Positions 1 through 7,878 of a stretch of DNA of 30,399 nt are shown here, piece after piece. Under the pieces are notes generated by a model. That model saw nothing but the letters and a program-made list of their open reading frames with translations, was not told where the DNA came from and did no database searches. Positions within the stretch are counted from its first letter, which is position 1; the number at the start of each line of letters is the position of its first letter. The DNA lies in contig JBDRLB010000002.1 of NCBI GenBank assembly GCA_043813365.1, positions 1 to 30,399 of the forward strand. Reading direction: 5' to 3'. Source of the stretch: Candidatus Micrarchaeota archaeon (GTDB taxonomy: Archaea > Micrarchaeota > Micrarchaeia > Norongarragalinales > SBBD01). The translations under genes and the position numbers were made by a program.

Positions 1-647
1 ATGAGGCGGGAAGGGGGCCGGTGATAGGGCCGCTTGTGATCTGCGCGTTCGCAGTTGAAAGGGAGGGGGAGGGGCGCTTGAGGGAGATGGGAGTGAAGGA
101 TTCGAAATTGCTTCCAGCAGTGCAAAGGGAGAAAATTGCAAAAAAGATCGCACATTTCCCGCAAGCAATAGTAGAGGTATCCGCGGAGGAGATCACGGAG
201 TACATGAAGAGGAAAATAAGCATCAACGAGATGGAGGCGGAGAAAATCGCATTGGCGCTGCTTGAATTGTCGAAAAAGGTCGAGATTTCGGAAGTGTTCG
301 CTGATTCGCCGGATCCGGTTGCAAAAAAATTTGAAACGAGAATCCGAAAATACCTGAGGGGGACGGAATTGGAGAAGGTAAAAATCGTGAGTGAGAACAA
401 GGCGGATTACAAGTATCCTGTTGTGGGTGCGGCATCAATTTTGGCGAAGAGCATGAGGGAGAAAAGGGTTTCCGAACTCGCGGCTAAGTTTGGCGAATTT
501 GGGAGCGGCTACCCTAGTGATGAGAATACGATGGAATTCCTGCGGAAGCATTACAAGGAGCCTGCTTTGCAAAAGCACATCCGGCACAAATGGGCGACAA
601 TGAGGAACATCAGGACAACTGAAGTGAAGCTGGAGGACTTTTTCTAA
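1..647 (+). CDS. rnhB: Ribonuclease HII (5' end truncated by the window edge)
   Basis: Frame from nt 3 reads (D)EAGRGPVIGP, the RNase HII catalytic motif. Also GVKDSK, FADS, KAD..YPVVGAASILAK, GSGYPSD and a PIP-box-like C-terminus (EVKLEDFF). Confidence 0.97.
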   Translation, partial: EAGRGPVIGPLVICAFAVEREGEGRLREMGVKDSKLLPAVQREKIAKKIAHFPQAIVEVSAEEITEYMKRKISINEMEAEKIALALLELSKKVEISEVFADSPDPVAKKFETRIRKYLRGTELEKVKIVSENKADYKYPVVGAASILAKSMREKRVSELAAKFGEFGSGYPSDENTMEFLRKHYKEPALQKHIRHKWATMRNIRTTEVKLEDFF

Positions 648-665
648 TTAATTGCTGATTCCCGC

Positions 666-2753
666 TCATTTCATCTGCTTCAGGTATTCGAAGTACGGTT
701 GCACCCACTGGGACCAGAATTGGCCGGGGTTCCGGACGGGAACCGGGGAGTAGGAGGAATGGGATGGCGAAGGGTTGGGACCTTCGGGAAGGGCGAAGAG
801 CTCGTGGTTGTAGAAAATTGCTCCTTCCTCCATTTGGTGCTCAAGGTTGCTTTCGAGCAGCTCTTTTGCGCGGGGGTCGCTTGCCCGATGTAGGAGCTTG
901 AACAGGCCCACTGATTCGCGCGGCCATATCACCGCGCCATGGTATTCTTTATCACCAAGGAAGATGCGGTTTTTGGAATCGCGCACAAGCGCCCCGAATA
1001 GCTTGCGGTCGCGGTAAACGAACATGTGCTCGAAGCGCTTTATCAATGCGGCAATTTCCTCCTCGGAAAACAATTCCGGGAGAAGGGAGGCGGAATATAG
1101 GCTCGCGCTGCAGAATGCGGAGGGGATGCCGAATTCCTCGCTCCGGATATCTGCAATTGTTCCCTCCCCGAAGAAGAATGATTTGAAATTGAGTGCGGCA
1201 TTTTCGGCAAGGATCTCGAATTCGCTGGAGCCGTATTGGGAAATGAAATCCTTGAGGAAGCGGACCCAGAGGGCGTTTATCTCCACGAGGTAGATAGGTG
1301 AATTCATCTTGAGGGAAAACGTGTCGAAATCTGGCGACCTTTCTGCTGCCTGCGCCATCCATTCTTCAGGAATCCGTGCGGAGAACATTGCCTCCTTATT
1401 GAAATGCCTCGAGGGGATGTTGGAATCGATCCAGGAATAGTTCGGCGGCGTTTTCAGAAGGTAATTGTCAAGCCGGACGTTCCCGGAGGAGAGCGATTGT
1501 ATGAAGGATTTTACGCTCTCCTTCAGCGCTTTCTGCAGCGTTTTATCGTCCGAGTGCTTCAAATATTCAAGGCAGCACATGAACGAAAGCATTGTCGCAT
1601 CAGCTGTGGAATAATCGGTTTCGCCGCTTTTTGATTCGGGAAGCTTGTTCGGAATGAGGCCGTTTTTCTGCAGCTTGAGCATCTCTAGAAGCATCGCCTT
1701 GACATATGCCTTTTTGGAGCGGTAGAAGATGTCGAAATTATCATAAAGCCCCACAAGCCCGTCGCGGAACCATATGTTGCGGAACCAGAATGCGCCCGCA
1801 TCCGGGGCAACCAGCTTGCCCGCATCGAAATCAAATCCATCAATTAAATTGATGAACCTTCCTTCGAGCCCGATGCGGTAATTTTTTCCCAGCGAGTCCG
1901 CCTTTTTCAGCATGGATGAATACGGCTTGGAGAGGCGCTTTAGCCTCGCAAGGTGCTTTTTTTCATTGTGGTTCTTGAGCTCAAGCGGGAGTTTCTGCCC
2001 ATGTTGGGAGCAGGATGTCTGCAGCTCGCAGGTGTGCTTCGAGAAAGTAAGCAGCATCGTGCCTGGAACGTAGAGGGGCCGCTCCTCCTGGGAGAAACGC
2101 AGTGCATTTTCACGGTATTCCCTGCTTCCGGAGCCAAGCTTGTAAAGCCAGTGCTGCGTATGGCCCGTAAGCTGGATGAAAGAAGGATTTTTCGATTGTA
2201 TGGAAAGTTGTTTGCCCCCCCGGGAGACGACGAGCGCGTTCGGGGTGATCTCTGCCAAGTGCTGCTCGGGATGCGATGTGCCGTACATGTGGCGGATGTC
2301 CACGAACGGCTCCAGCAATAGCTTGAAATTGTGGCTGCGGAGGTTTTTCAGCCTGAAAATGATGCTCATGATCGGTTTTTTTACGCCCTGGAAGAGGTAA
2401 TACTCCACTTCCAGCTCGGAAAGTTCGCTGCCATCGATGATGCGGTAGGCATAAAGGGCCTTCCATGGGAAAAGCGCGACGGATTTGGGGATGAGTTTTA
2501 GCGTCTCGTCCCCGCGCTTGAGGGAGAATGCAAGCGCATCCATGAACTTCCAGTTTTCGCCGCCGATGATCGCTGAAAGCCCTTCGTACGCATAATCCCG
2601 GTTGGGAGCAATCATTTCCGAAATAGGGGAGGAAAAAGTGCTGGAGGAGAATTCGGCGATGGAATTCCGTATGAGCGCACGGCAGTTCCTAGCATAGCCC
2701 CAGTCGGGGTTCTCCTCGGGCTTCTTTTCTATGAAGAGGTTTTTCACGTCCAT
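666..2753 (-). CDS. Glycogen debranching enzyme / amylo-alpha-1,6-glucosidase (GH133-like)
   Basis: AGAFWFRNIWFRD, GLIPN, DYSTADATM, SWID, VEINALW, YHGAVIWP, HELF and QFWS match the (alpha/alpha)6 GDE_C pattern, with an N-terminal GDE_N-like region. Located in an alpha-glucan cluster. Confidence 0.85.
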   Translation of the reverse strand: MDVKNLFIEKKPEENPDWGYARNCRALIRNSIAEFSSSTFSSPISEMIAPNRDYAYEGLSAIIGGENWKFMDALAFSLKRGDETLKLIPKSVALFPWKALYAYRIIDGSELSELEVEYYLFQGVKKPIMSIIFRLKNLRSHNFKLLLEPFVDIRHMYGTSHPEQHLAEITPNALVVSRGGKQLSIQSKNPSFIQLTGHTQHWLYKLGSGSREYRENALRFSQEERPLYVPGTMLLTFSKHTCELQTSCSQHGQKLPLELKNHNEKKHLARLKRLSKPYSSMLKKADSLGKNYRIGLEGRFINLIDGFDFDAGKLVAPDAGAFWFRNIWFRDGLVGLYDNFDIFYRSKKAYVKAMLLEMLKLQKNGLIPNKLPESKSGETDYSTADATMLSFMCCLEYLKHSDDKTLQKALKESVKSFIQSLSSGNVRLDNYLLKTPPNYSWIDSNIPSRHFNKEAMFSARIPEEWMAQAAERSPDFDTFSLKMNSPIYLVEINALWVRFLKDFISQYGSSEFEILAENAALNFKSFFFGEGTIADIRSEEFGIPSAFCSASLYSASLLPELFSEEEIAALIKRFEHMFVYRDRKLFGALVRDSKNRIFLGDKEYHGAVIWPRESVGLFKLLHRASDPRAKELLESNLEHQMEEGAIFYNHELFALPEGPNPSPSHSSYSPVPVRNPGQFWSQWVQPYFEYLKQMK

Positions 2754-2801
2754 TCAATACACCGATTGGCAAATAACCAATGCCCTTTGCCTGAATGCAA
2801 A

Positions 2802-3011
2802 TTACTTCAGCTTGTATTTGTACAGGAGGGGCACGTCGCCGTTTATGTCGATTTTCCCTTCCCTGGAAAGCCAGCCAAGGCCCGCATAAATTTCGGAGTC
2901 GCTCAGCTTCGTCTTGCGCTTCAGCTGCGCAATCGTGAGCCCTCCGCTTTCCTTGAGGCACTGCCATATTATCCCAGCCTTGGAGCCGAAATATTCTTCC
3001 ACGCTCGCCAT
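2802..3011 (-). CDS. Small winged-helix protein (DUF2582-like)
   Basis: FGSKAGIIWQCL...LKRKTKLSDSEIYAGLGWLSREGKI is typical of DUF2582. ATG at 3011 is preceded by GGTGA. Confidence 0.85.
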   Translation of the reverse strand: MASVEEYFGSKAGIIWQCLKESGGLTIAQLKRKTKLSDSEIYAGLGWLSREGKIDINGDVPLLYKYKLK

Positions 3012-3118
3012 GTTCTTCACCCTAAAATTTCAAATAAATATTTTGCGCATGTGAATGCCCGGTTTGGGCGTGTTCGTTCCCATGCACTTGCCCATAAATT
3101 CCGTTAAACCGCCAAAAA

Positions 3119-4663
3119 TCATTCCCTTACAAACCGTTCATAATTCCTTTCCGCATGCCCGTAGATCTCGAAAACCTTCTGCACTATGAAGCCCCAGTCG
3201 AAATACCTCTGCTGCACGCGCTCGGACGCGCCCTTGGAAATCTTTTTTTTCAGTTCCGCGTTCTGGAGGGAAATTTTAAGTATCCGCGCAAGGAATTGCG
3301 GGTTGAGGTCGAACCGGTCCTCTTCCATCGGGACCTTGAAGCCATTCGCGCCGTTCCTTACAACTTCGCTCATGCCGCCGTTGTCCCCGACAATTGCAAT
3401 GGGGCCGGAAAGGCCGTTGAGCTCGCATGCCATATCCGCTGCGAAAACTTCCAGCGTGACGAGCCCGAATGGCTCGTAGAGGGAGGGAAGCGCAATGGCA
3501 TCGGCTGAGCAGAACAGCCCCTTTTTCACCTGCTCGTCCAGCCAGCCGGAGTAAATGGTGGCATCATTTTCAATTTTGAGCTTCGTGAACATGGAATAGA
3601 AACGCTCATACTCCTCCTTTGTGAGGCTGGAGGAGATGACAAGCCCCACATTCATATGCGTATTGTGCTTAAGGATGGAAAATGCGTTGATGAGCATATC
3701 GATTCCCTTGCGGTATTCCGTCCTGCCTATGAATAAGATGTATTTGTCCTTTTTCGGCAGTATTTTCTGGAAAATTTCCTTTCCAGAACGGATGTTCTCG
3801 GGGCGGACGGTTTTCCATTGGTCGAGAATTATGCCGTTTGTGAGGCCAGCAACGCAATCCGTCACTATCTCGAGGTCAGAGCCCGCTTCGTAGAGAAGGA
3901 AGTCCTCGAAAACCTCTTCCTTCCAGAGCTGGTAGTCGTTCCATTTGCGCGGCTTGAAGCGGCTGAGCTCCTCGCGCATGCGCTGCTTGTGCGGAAGGAG
4001 GTTGTAAACTTCGAATTGCGCCTCGTGGACGGATACCCCCTGTATGAAATCTGCTTCCTGAAACGCTGCGGCTTCAATCAGCACAGGCGGCGCGTTGAAA
4101 TCGGGGTGGCCAAGCGAACGGCCGAACTCGCCGGAATGGAACCTGCAGTTGAGGGGCTTCTTTATTTTTTCCCTTGCAAGGAAACCAGCTGGAAAAGCCA
4201 GCCAGTCCTGCGCATCAATCACTTCTATTTTTTCCTTCCTGTGCTTCACAAGGTATTCGGCGAATTTCGGGACAGCGTTCCAATATGCATTGAGCGAGCG
4301 GTAAAAATCCCAGCCTGCAGTGCGGTCGCTTTTGATGCGGTATTTCAGCCACAGCTCCTCATGGAGCGCATTGCGTTCCCCCTCGGAAAGGGAATTTTCA
4401 AGGAAAAAGCATTTCTCGCCGCCGCGTATGCCCTCGTAAACCAATATGTTGGGATGCTGGTTCATGAATTCGGCATGCTCCGACGAAAAGCGCAAGTCCG
4501 AGAGCGGTGTTCCCGAATCCCTGAGCGAAACTACAATCGGCTCGTATTCAGCTTCGCCCTTGTTTATTGAATTCCTCCAGGCTACAAGCAATTCCGTCGT
4601 ATACCTGTGGAGGCCGCCGACGGGCTTTTGCAGTTCGGTTACAAGGAAGAGCGTTTTTTTCAT
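3119..4663 (-). CDS. GT-B glycosyltransferase, probable glycogen/alpha-glucan synthase (GT3-like N-domain, GT4-like C-domain)
   Basis: KPVGGL, DAQDW, FHSGEFGRS, FIGRTEYRKG and LPSLYEPFGLVTLE motifs. ATG at 4663 follows GGTGA. Confidence 0.8.
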   Translation of the reverse strand: MKKTLFLVTELQKPVGGLHRYTTELLVAWRNSINKGEAEYEPIVVSLRDSGTPLSDLRFSSEHAEFMNQHPNILVYEGIRGGEKCFFLENSLSEGERNALHEELWLKYRIKSDRTAGWDFYRSLNAYWNAVPKFAEYLVKHRKEKIEVIDAQDWLAFPAGFLAREKIKKPLNCRFHSGEFGRSLGHPDFNAPPVLIEAAAFQEADFIQGVSVHEAQFEVYNLLPHKQRMREELSRFKPRKWNDYQLWKEEVFEDFLLYEAGSDLEIVTDCVAGLTNGIILDQWKTVRPENIRSGKEIFQKILPKKDKYILFIGRTEYRKGIDMLINAFSILKHNTHMNVGLVISSSLTKEEYERFYSMFTKLKIENDATIYSGWLDEQVKKGLFCSADAIALPSLYEPFGLVTLEVFAADMACELNGLSGPIAIVGDNGGMSEVVRNGANGFKVPMEEDRFDLNPQFLARILKISLQNAELKKKISKGASERVQQRYFDWGFIVQKVFEIYGHAERNYERFVRE

Positions 4664-4668
4664 ATTAT

Positions 4669-5991
4669 TCACCGGTTATTTTGCATGGGGGGTTCGAAAG
4701 GGGTCGGATACGCCATCCCCTCAACAAGCGTTTTAGTCCGGATCATTTTTTCGCCAGCGATTCTCCTTACCCGCTCCTGCTCCTGTTCGCCGAGGCGGTT
4801 CTCCACGAATTTGCGGAAATCCTGCAGGACGTTCATGTAGTTGATGAAGTTGTCATAAGGCGTGTTCTCCTTATATGGGGAGAAATGCTTGTGCACGTCC
4901 CCGTCCGCCCAGCTCTTGGTGCATAAATAGTAGAGATGGTCGGAGGTGGTGAGCATGCGGTAGGTGTGGAGGAGCGCTGCGTCGCCCGTCTTCTTTACAA
5001 GGGGCGCCAGTTCCTGCAATTGCCGGAAGCATGCGTGCTGAATTGAGTTGCCTAACCAGGCAGAAACGTCCCTCTCGAGGTCAGCCCAGGAGAGATCGTA
5101 AGGGACATCAATTTCGTCCTTTGATTCGAAGGAATCAAGCGTTTCGGAGCACGTCTTGAATGAGAGGTTGTTGTATTTCAGCGCTTCGGATGGGAGGTGC
5201 CTTAGGAATTCGAGTATGCCCGTGTCATGCCAGTGGTGCTCCCCGAATGTTTCGTAATCCATGAAGAGATTGATGGTATCGCCATCCGCAGAGGAAAGCC
5301 AGCTGGCGTATTTATCCGCAGTCAGGGGCCATTCGCTCCACCATTTTGCCGAGAAGCGGTAACCTACATCGTCGGAAAGCTTGTAATTCCTCAGCAGGAC
5401 TTTCAGGTTCCCGTTTTGGTTCTTGTAGACGTAGTTCGGGGAGCGCCAGCCGAGCACCCACTCGATTCCCTCGGTGATAATGCCCTTGTAGCCCATTTTT
5501 TCAACTTTTTCTGCAATGCGGTTGTTGTAAATTACCTCGGTATTCCTGAAAACGGCAGGGGATTGGTTGAACGTATCCTTGATGAGGCCGTTATGCTGCT
5601 GCACCTGCACTTCAAACTCGTCCATTTCTGGGTAAAGGGAGGCGAGCGAATGGTAATAAGTCTCATCCAGGAACTCTACCTTGTTCGTGGAGGCGAGCTG
5701 CTGCAGGGATTCGAGCACTTCCCTACCGGCCTTGAACTTCCTTGCCTGTTCGAGGAATGTCCCCGTGACGCTGAAGGAGAATTTGAACCGGCCGTAATTT
5801 TCCTCCACTAAGCGCAATAGCAGCCTGTTTGTTGGCTCATAGCACTTGTTCTTTGCCTTTTCGAAATAGTGCTGGTTCATGTGGTCGGAGAAATAGAGTT
5901 TCTGCAATTCTGATGAGCGCTGATGGAATAGGCTGAACTTGTTCAGCCTTGCCGGCTGATGCATGTGGAAGTATAGGCAGATGGAAGCCAT
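4669..5991 (-). CDS. Glycoside hydrolase family 57 (alpha-amylase type)
   Basis: HMHQP, ETYYHSL, FRNTE (nucleophile), LSDDVGYRFS, FMDYETFGEH (acid/base), SWAD and TTSDHLYY. Start taken at MASICLYFH; the ORF-track extension overlaps the upstream gene. Confidence 0.95.
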   Translation of the reverse strand: MASICLYFHMHQPARLNKFSLFHQRSSELQKLYFSDHMNQHYFEKAKNKCYEPTNRLLLRLVEENYGRFKFSFSVTGTFLEQARKFKAGREVLESLQQLASTNKVEFLDETYYHSLASLYPEMDEFEVQVQQHNGLIKDTFNQSPAVFRNTEVIYNNRIAEKVEKMGYKGIITEGIEWVLGWRSPNYVYKNQNGNLKVLLRNYKLSDDVGYRFSAKWWSEWPLTADKYASWLSSADGDTINLFMDYETFGEHHWHDTGILEFLRHLPSEALKYNNLSFKTCSETLDSFESKDEIDVPYDLSWADLERDVSAWLGNSIQHACFRQLQELAPLVKKTGDAALLHTYRMLTTSDHLYYLCTKSWADGDVHKHFSPYKENTPYDNFINYMNVLQDFRKFVENRLGEQEQERVRRIAGEKMIRTKTLVEGMAYPTPFEPPMQNNR

Positions 5992-5992
5992 G

Positions 5993-6346
5993 TTATTTCT
6001 TACCCCGTTTGAACAGTTCGATGAAGAAGCATGAAATGAAGTAGAGCCAGAATGCCTGAAGGAAAACCGCCCATATGTAAGCAAAGGCAGTGATCTCAGT
6101 TGGCTTGATGCCGTACCCGCTCCATAAAAGGAAGGAGGGGAAGGAGAGTGCGATGAAAACGAACAGCGACGCGACGTAAAGGCTTTCAAAGCCGTAGATT
6201 GCGGAAAGGTAAATCAGGGCATAGGCGGTGCCGAGGAGCAGGGATAGGATTACGAATAGGAGGCGCTTGGGTTTGTCGGGGTACACAAATTGCTTCAGCT
6301 TGGCGGAGCGCACCACTTCCCTTAAGTCCATCATCGTGTTCGTCAT
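5993..6346 (-). CDS. Small integral membrane protein (about 3 TM), unknown function
   Basis: Three hydrophobic segments and a basic C-terminus. Tightly packed between the GT4 and GH57 genes. Confidence 0.75.
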   Translation of the reverse strand: MTNTMMDLREVVRSAKLKQFVYPDKPKRLLFVILSLLLGTAYALIYLSAIYGFESLYVASLFVFIALSFPSFLLWSGYGIKPTEITAFAYIWAVFLQAFWLYFISCFFIELFKRGKK

Positions 6347-6352
6347 TTTGTT

Positions 6353-7588
6353 TCACTTGAGTACTTTCTTGTAAACATCGCAGGTTTCGTCCGCAGCCTT
6401 TTTCCAGGAGAAATGGCGGGTTTCCTGCATTGCACCGTTAGAGAGCATCTCCTTCAATTCCTGGTAGCGCAGGACGGCAATGATTTTATTGGCCATCTCA
6501 TCCACATCCCAGAAATCGACCCTCAGGCAATGGTTGATGATTTCGGATACGCCGGTGCTTTTGCTGACAATTGCAGGCACGCCGTTCGCCATTGCTTCCA
6601 GGACTGTGAGGCCGAAGGGTTCGGAGATGGAAGGAAGGACATAGCAATCTGCAATCGCGTAGAGGTAAGGGAGCTTCTCATCCTCGATGTAGCCCGTAAA
6701 CATCACTTTGTCGATGATGCCCATGCGAATTGCTTCGTTGATCAGTTGGGGAAGCATGTCGCCCTTCCCGGAAACGATGAATTTCACGTTCTTCTCGTGC
6801 TCAAGCACTTTTTTTGCAGCTTTGAGGAAGAAATCGGGCCCTTTCTGGATGCTGAGCCTTCCATGGAAAAGCACCACTTTTTCAGCGATCCCAAATTGCT
6901 CCTTTTTCACGCGGGAGCGGTATTTTGAGAGGTCTATCCCATTGTAAACAACTGTGATGCGGCTTTCCGGCGCGCCAAATCGGCCCATGAGCTGCTGCTT
7001 GGTCATGTTGCTTACGGCAATGATGCCATTTGCCCTTTGGGCAACTTCCCTTTCAATTGCAAGTATCCATTCGAAAGGCGAGAGGTTGGCTGTGCGGTCG
7101 TATTCGGTACTATGAAAGGTGAACACGAGCGGCTTGTTTATCCTTTTTGAAGCGTCCATGCCCGCTTTTGCAGTGATCCAGTCATGGCAGTGGATGAGGT
7201 CGTATTTTGCGCGCTTGTTTTTAAGGGAGACGAGCTTTGCAACGAGGAAATTGTACCTTCCGACTGCTTCGAAGAAATTCAACCCATAACTCTCATCCGA
7301 TGATGCTTCCCCTCCTTCTGCAGAAGTGGAAGTGCCGAGTTTCAGGAATTTGAAATAGGGGCCGAATTCCGCATCGCCGAAATCAATATCATCAATGAAG
7401 GCGGAATAATCAACGGGGATTATGCGCACGTTCGGATGGGAGGATTTCGGGACCGGGGTGGATTTGGGCATGTAGAAATCAATGTGCACTCCCTTCTCCC
7501 CTAAAGCTTTGGAGAGTTCGTAGCAATGGACGCCGAGGCCTCCGCTAATGAAAGGGGGAAATTCCCAACCCAACATCGCGATTCGCAT
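6353..7588 (-). CDS. Glycosyltransferase family 4, glycogen-synthase-like
   Basis: MLGWEFPPFISGGLG, IHCHDW, FHSTEYDR, VVYNG, GRLSIQKG and PSISEPFGLTVLEAM. This type is typically adjacent to GH57/GH133. Confidence 0.93.
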   Translation of the reverse strand: MRIAMLGWEFPPFISGGLGVHCYELSKALGEKGVHIDFYMPKSTPVPKSSHPNVRIIPVDYSAFIDDIDFGDAEFGPYFKFLKLGTSTSAEGGEASSDESYGLNFFEAVGRYNFLVAKLVSLKNKRAKYDLIHCHDWITAKAGMDASKRINKPLVFTFHSTEYDRTANLSPFEWILAIEREVAQRANGIIAVSNMTKQQLMGRFGAPESRITVVYNGIDLSKYRSRVKKEQFGIAEKVVLFHGRLSIQKGPDFFLKAAKKVLEHEKNVKFIVSGKGDMLPQLINEAIRMGIIDKVMFTGYIEDEKLPYLYAIADCYVLPSISEPFGLTVLEAMANGVPAIVSKSTGVSEIINHCLRVDFWDVDEMANKIIAVLRYQELKEMLSNGAMQETRHFSWKKAADETCDVYKKVLK

Positions 7589-7616
7589 CGTGGCTCAACC
7601 AATTCTCGATAAAAAT

Positions 7617-7639
7617 TGCTGCAATTTAAATACGCAGCA
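7617..7639 (-). promoter_or_regulatory. Putative TATA box (TTTAAA) of the glucan cluster embedded in an inverted repeat
   Basis: TGCTGC-A-ATTTAAAT-AC-GCAGCA, 29-51 nt upstream of the GT4 start codon. Confidence 0.45.
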
Positions 7640-7878
7640 TGATTCTTCCTTATTTTTCGAATTAACGCTCAAATTAGGCTGTTTTTTTCAATCAAAAAAA
7701 TATTTTCCAATAGGACACCTAAGTTCGAACGGATTATTGAGGGATTAAGGAGTATATATTTCTTGTGATTCGGTAGGTGTTTCCACCTAACAATGGGGAA
7801 TTGGGAAGGTGAAGCGCGTGTTGCATTGGCTGCCGGAAAAATTAGGGGAACCGAAATTAACCCCCCATGCCCTGCCAA

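Noticed and set aside
3047..3085. Imperfect hairpin (GCATG...GCCC-GGTTT-GGGC...CATGC) upstream of the wHTH gene
   Set aside because: Short, imperfect and single-copy, so it cannot be distinguished from chance.
5992..6189. N-terminal extension of the GH57 ORF in the ORF track
   Set aside because: It overlaps the membrane-protein gene in another frame. GH57 similarity begins at MASICLYFH.
7669..7878. 69-aa ORF in the leuS-GT4 spacer
   Set aside because: TTG start, no recognisable features, and it runs through AT-rich regulatory sequence.
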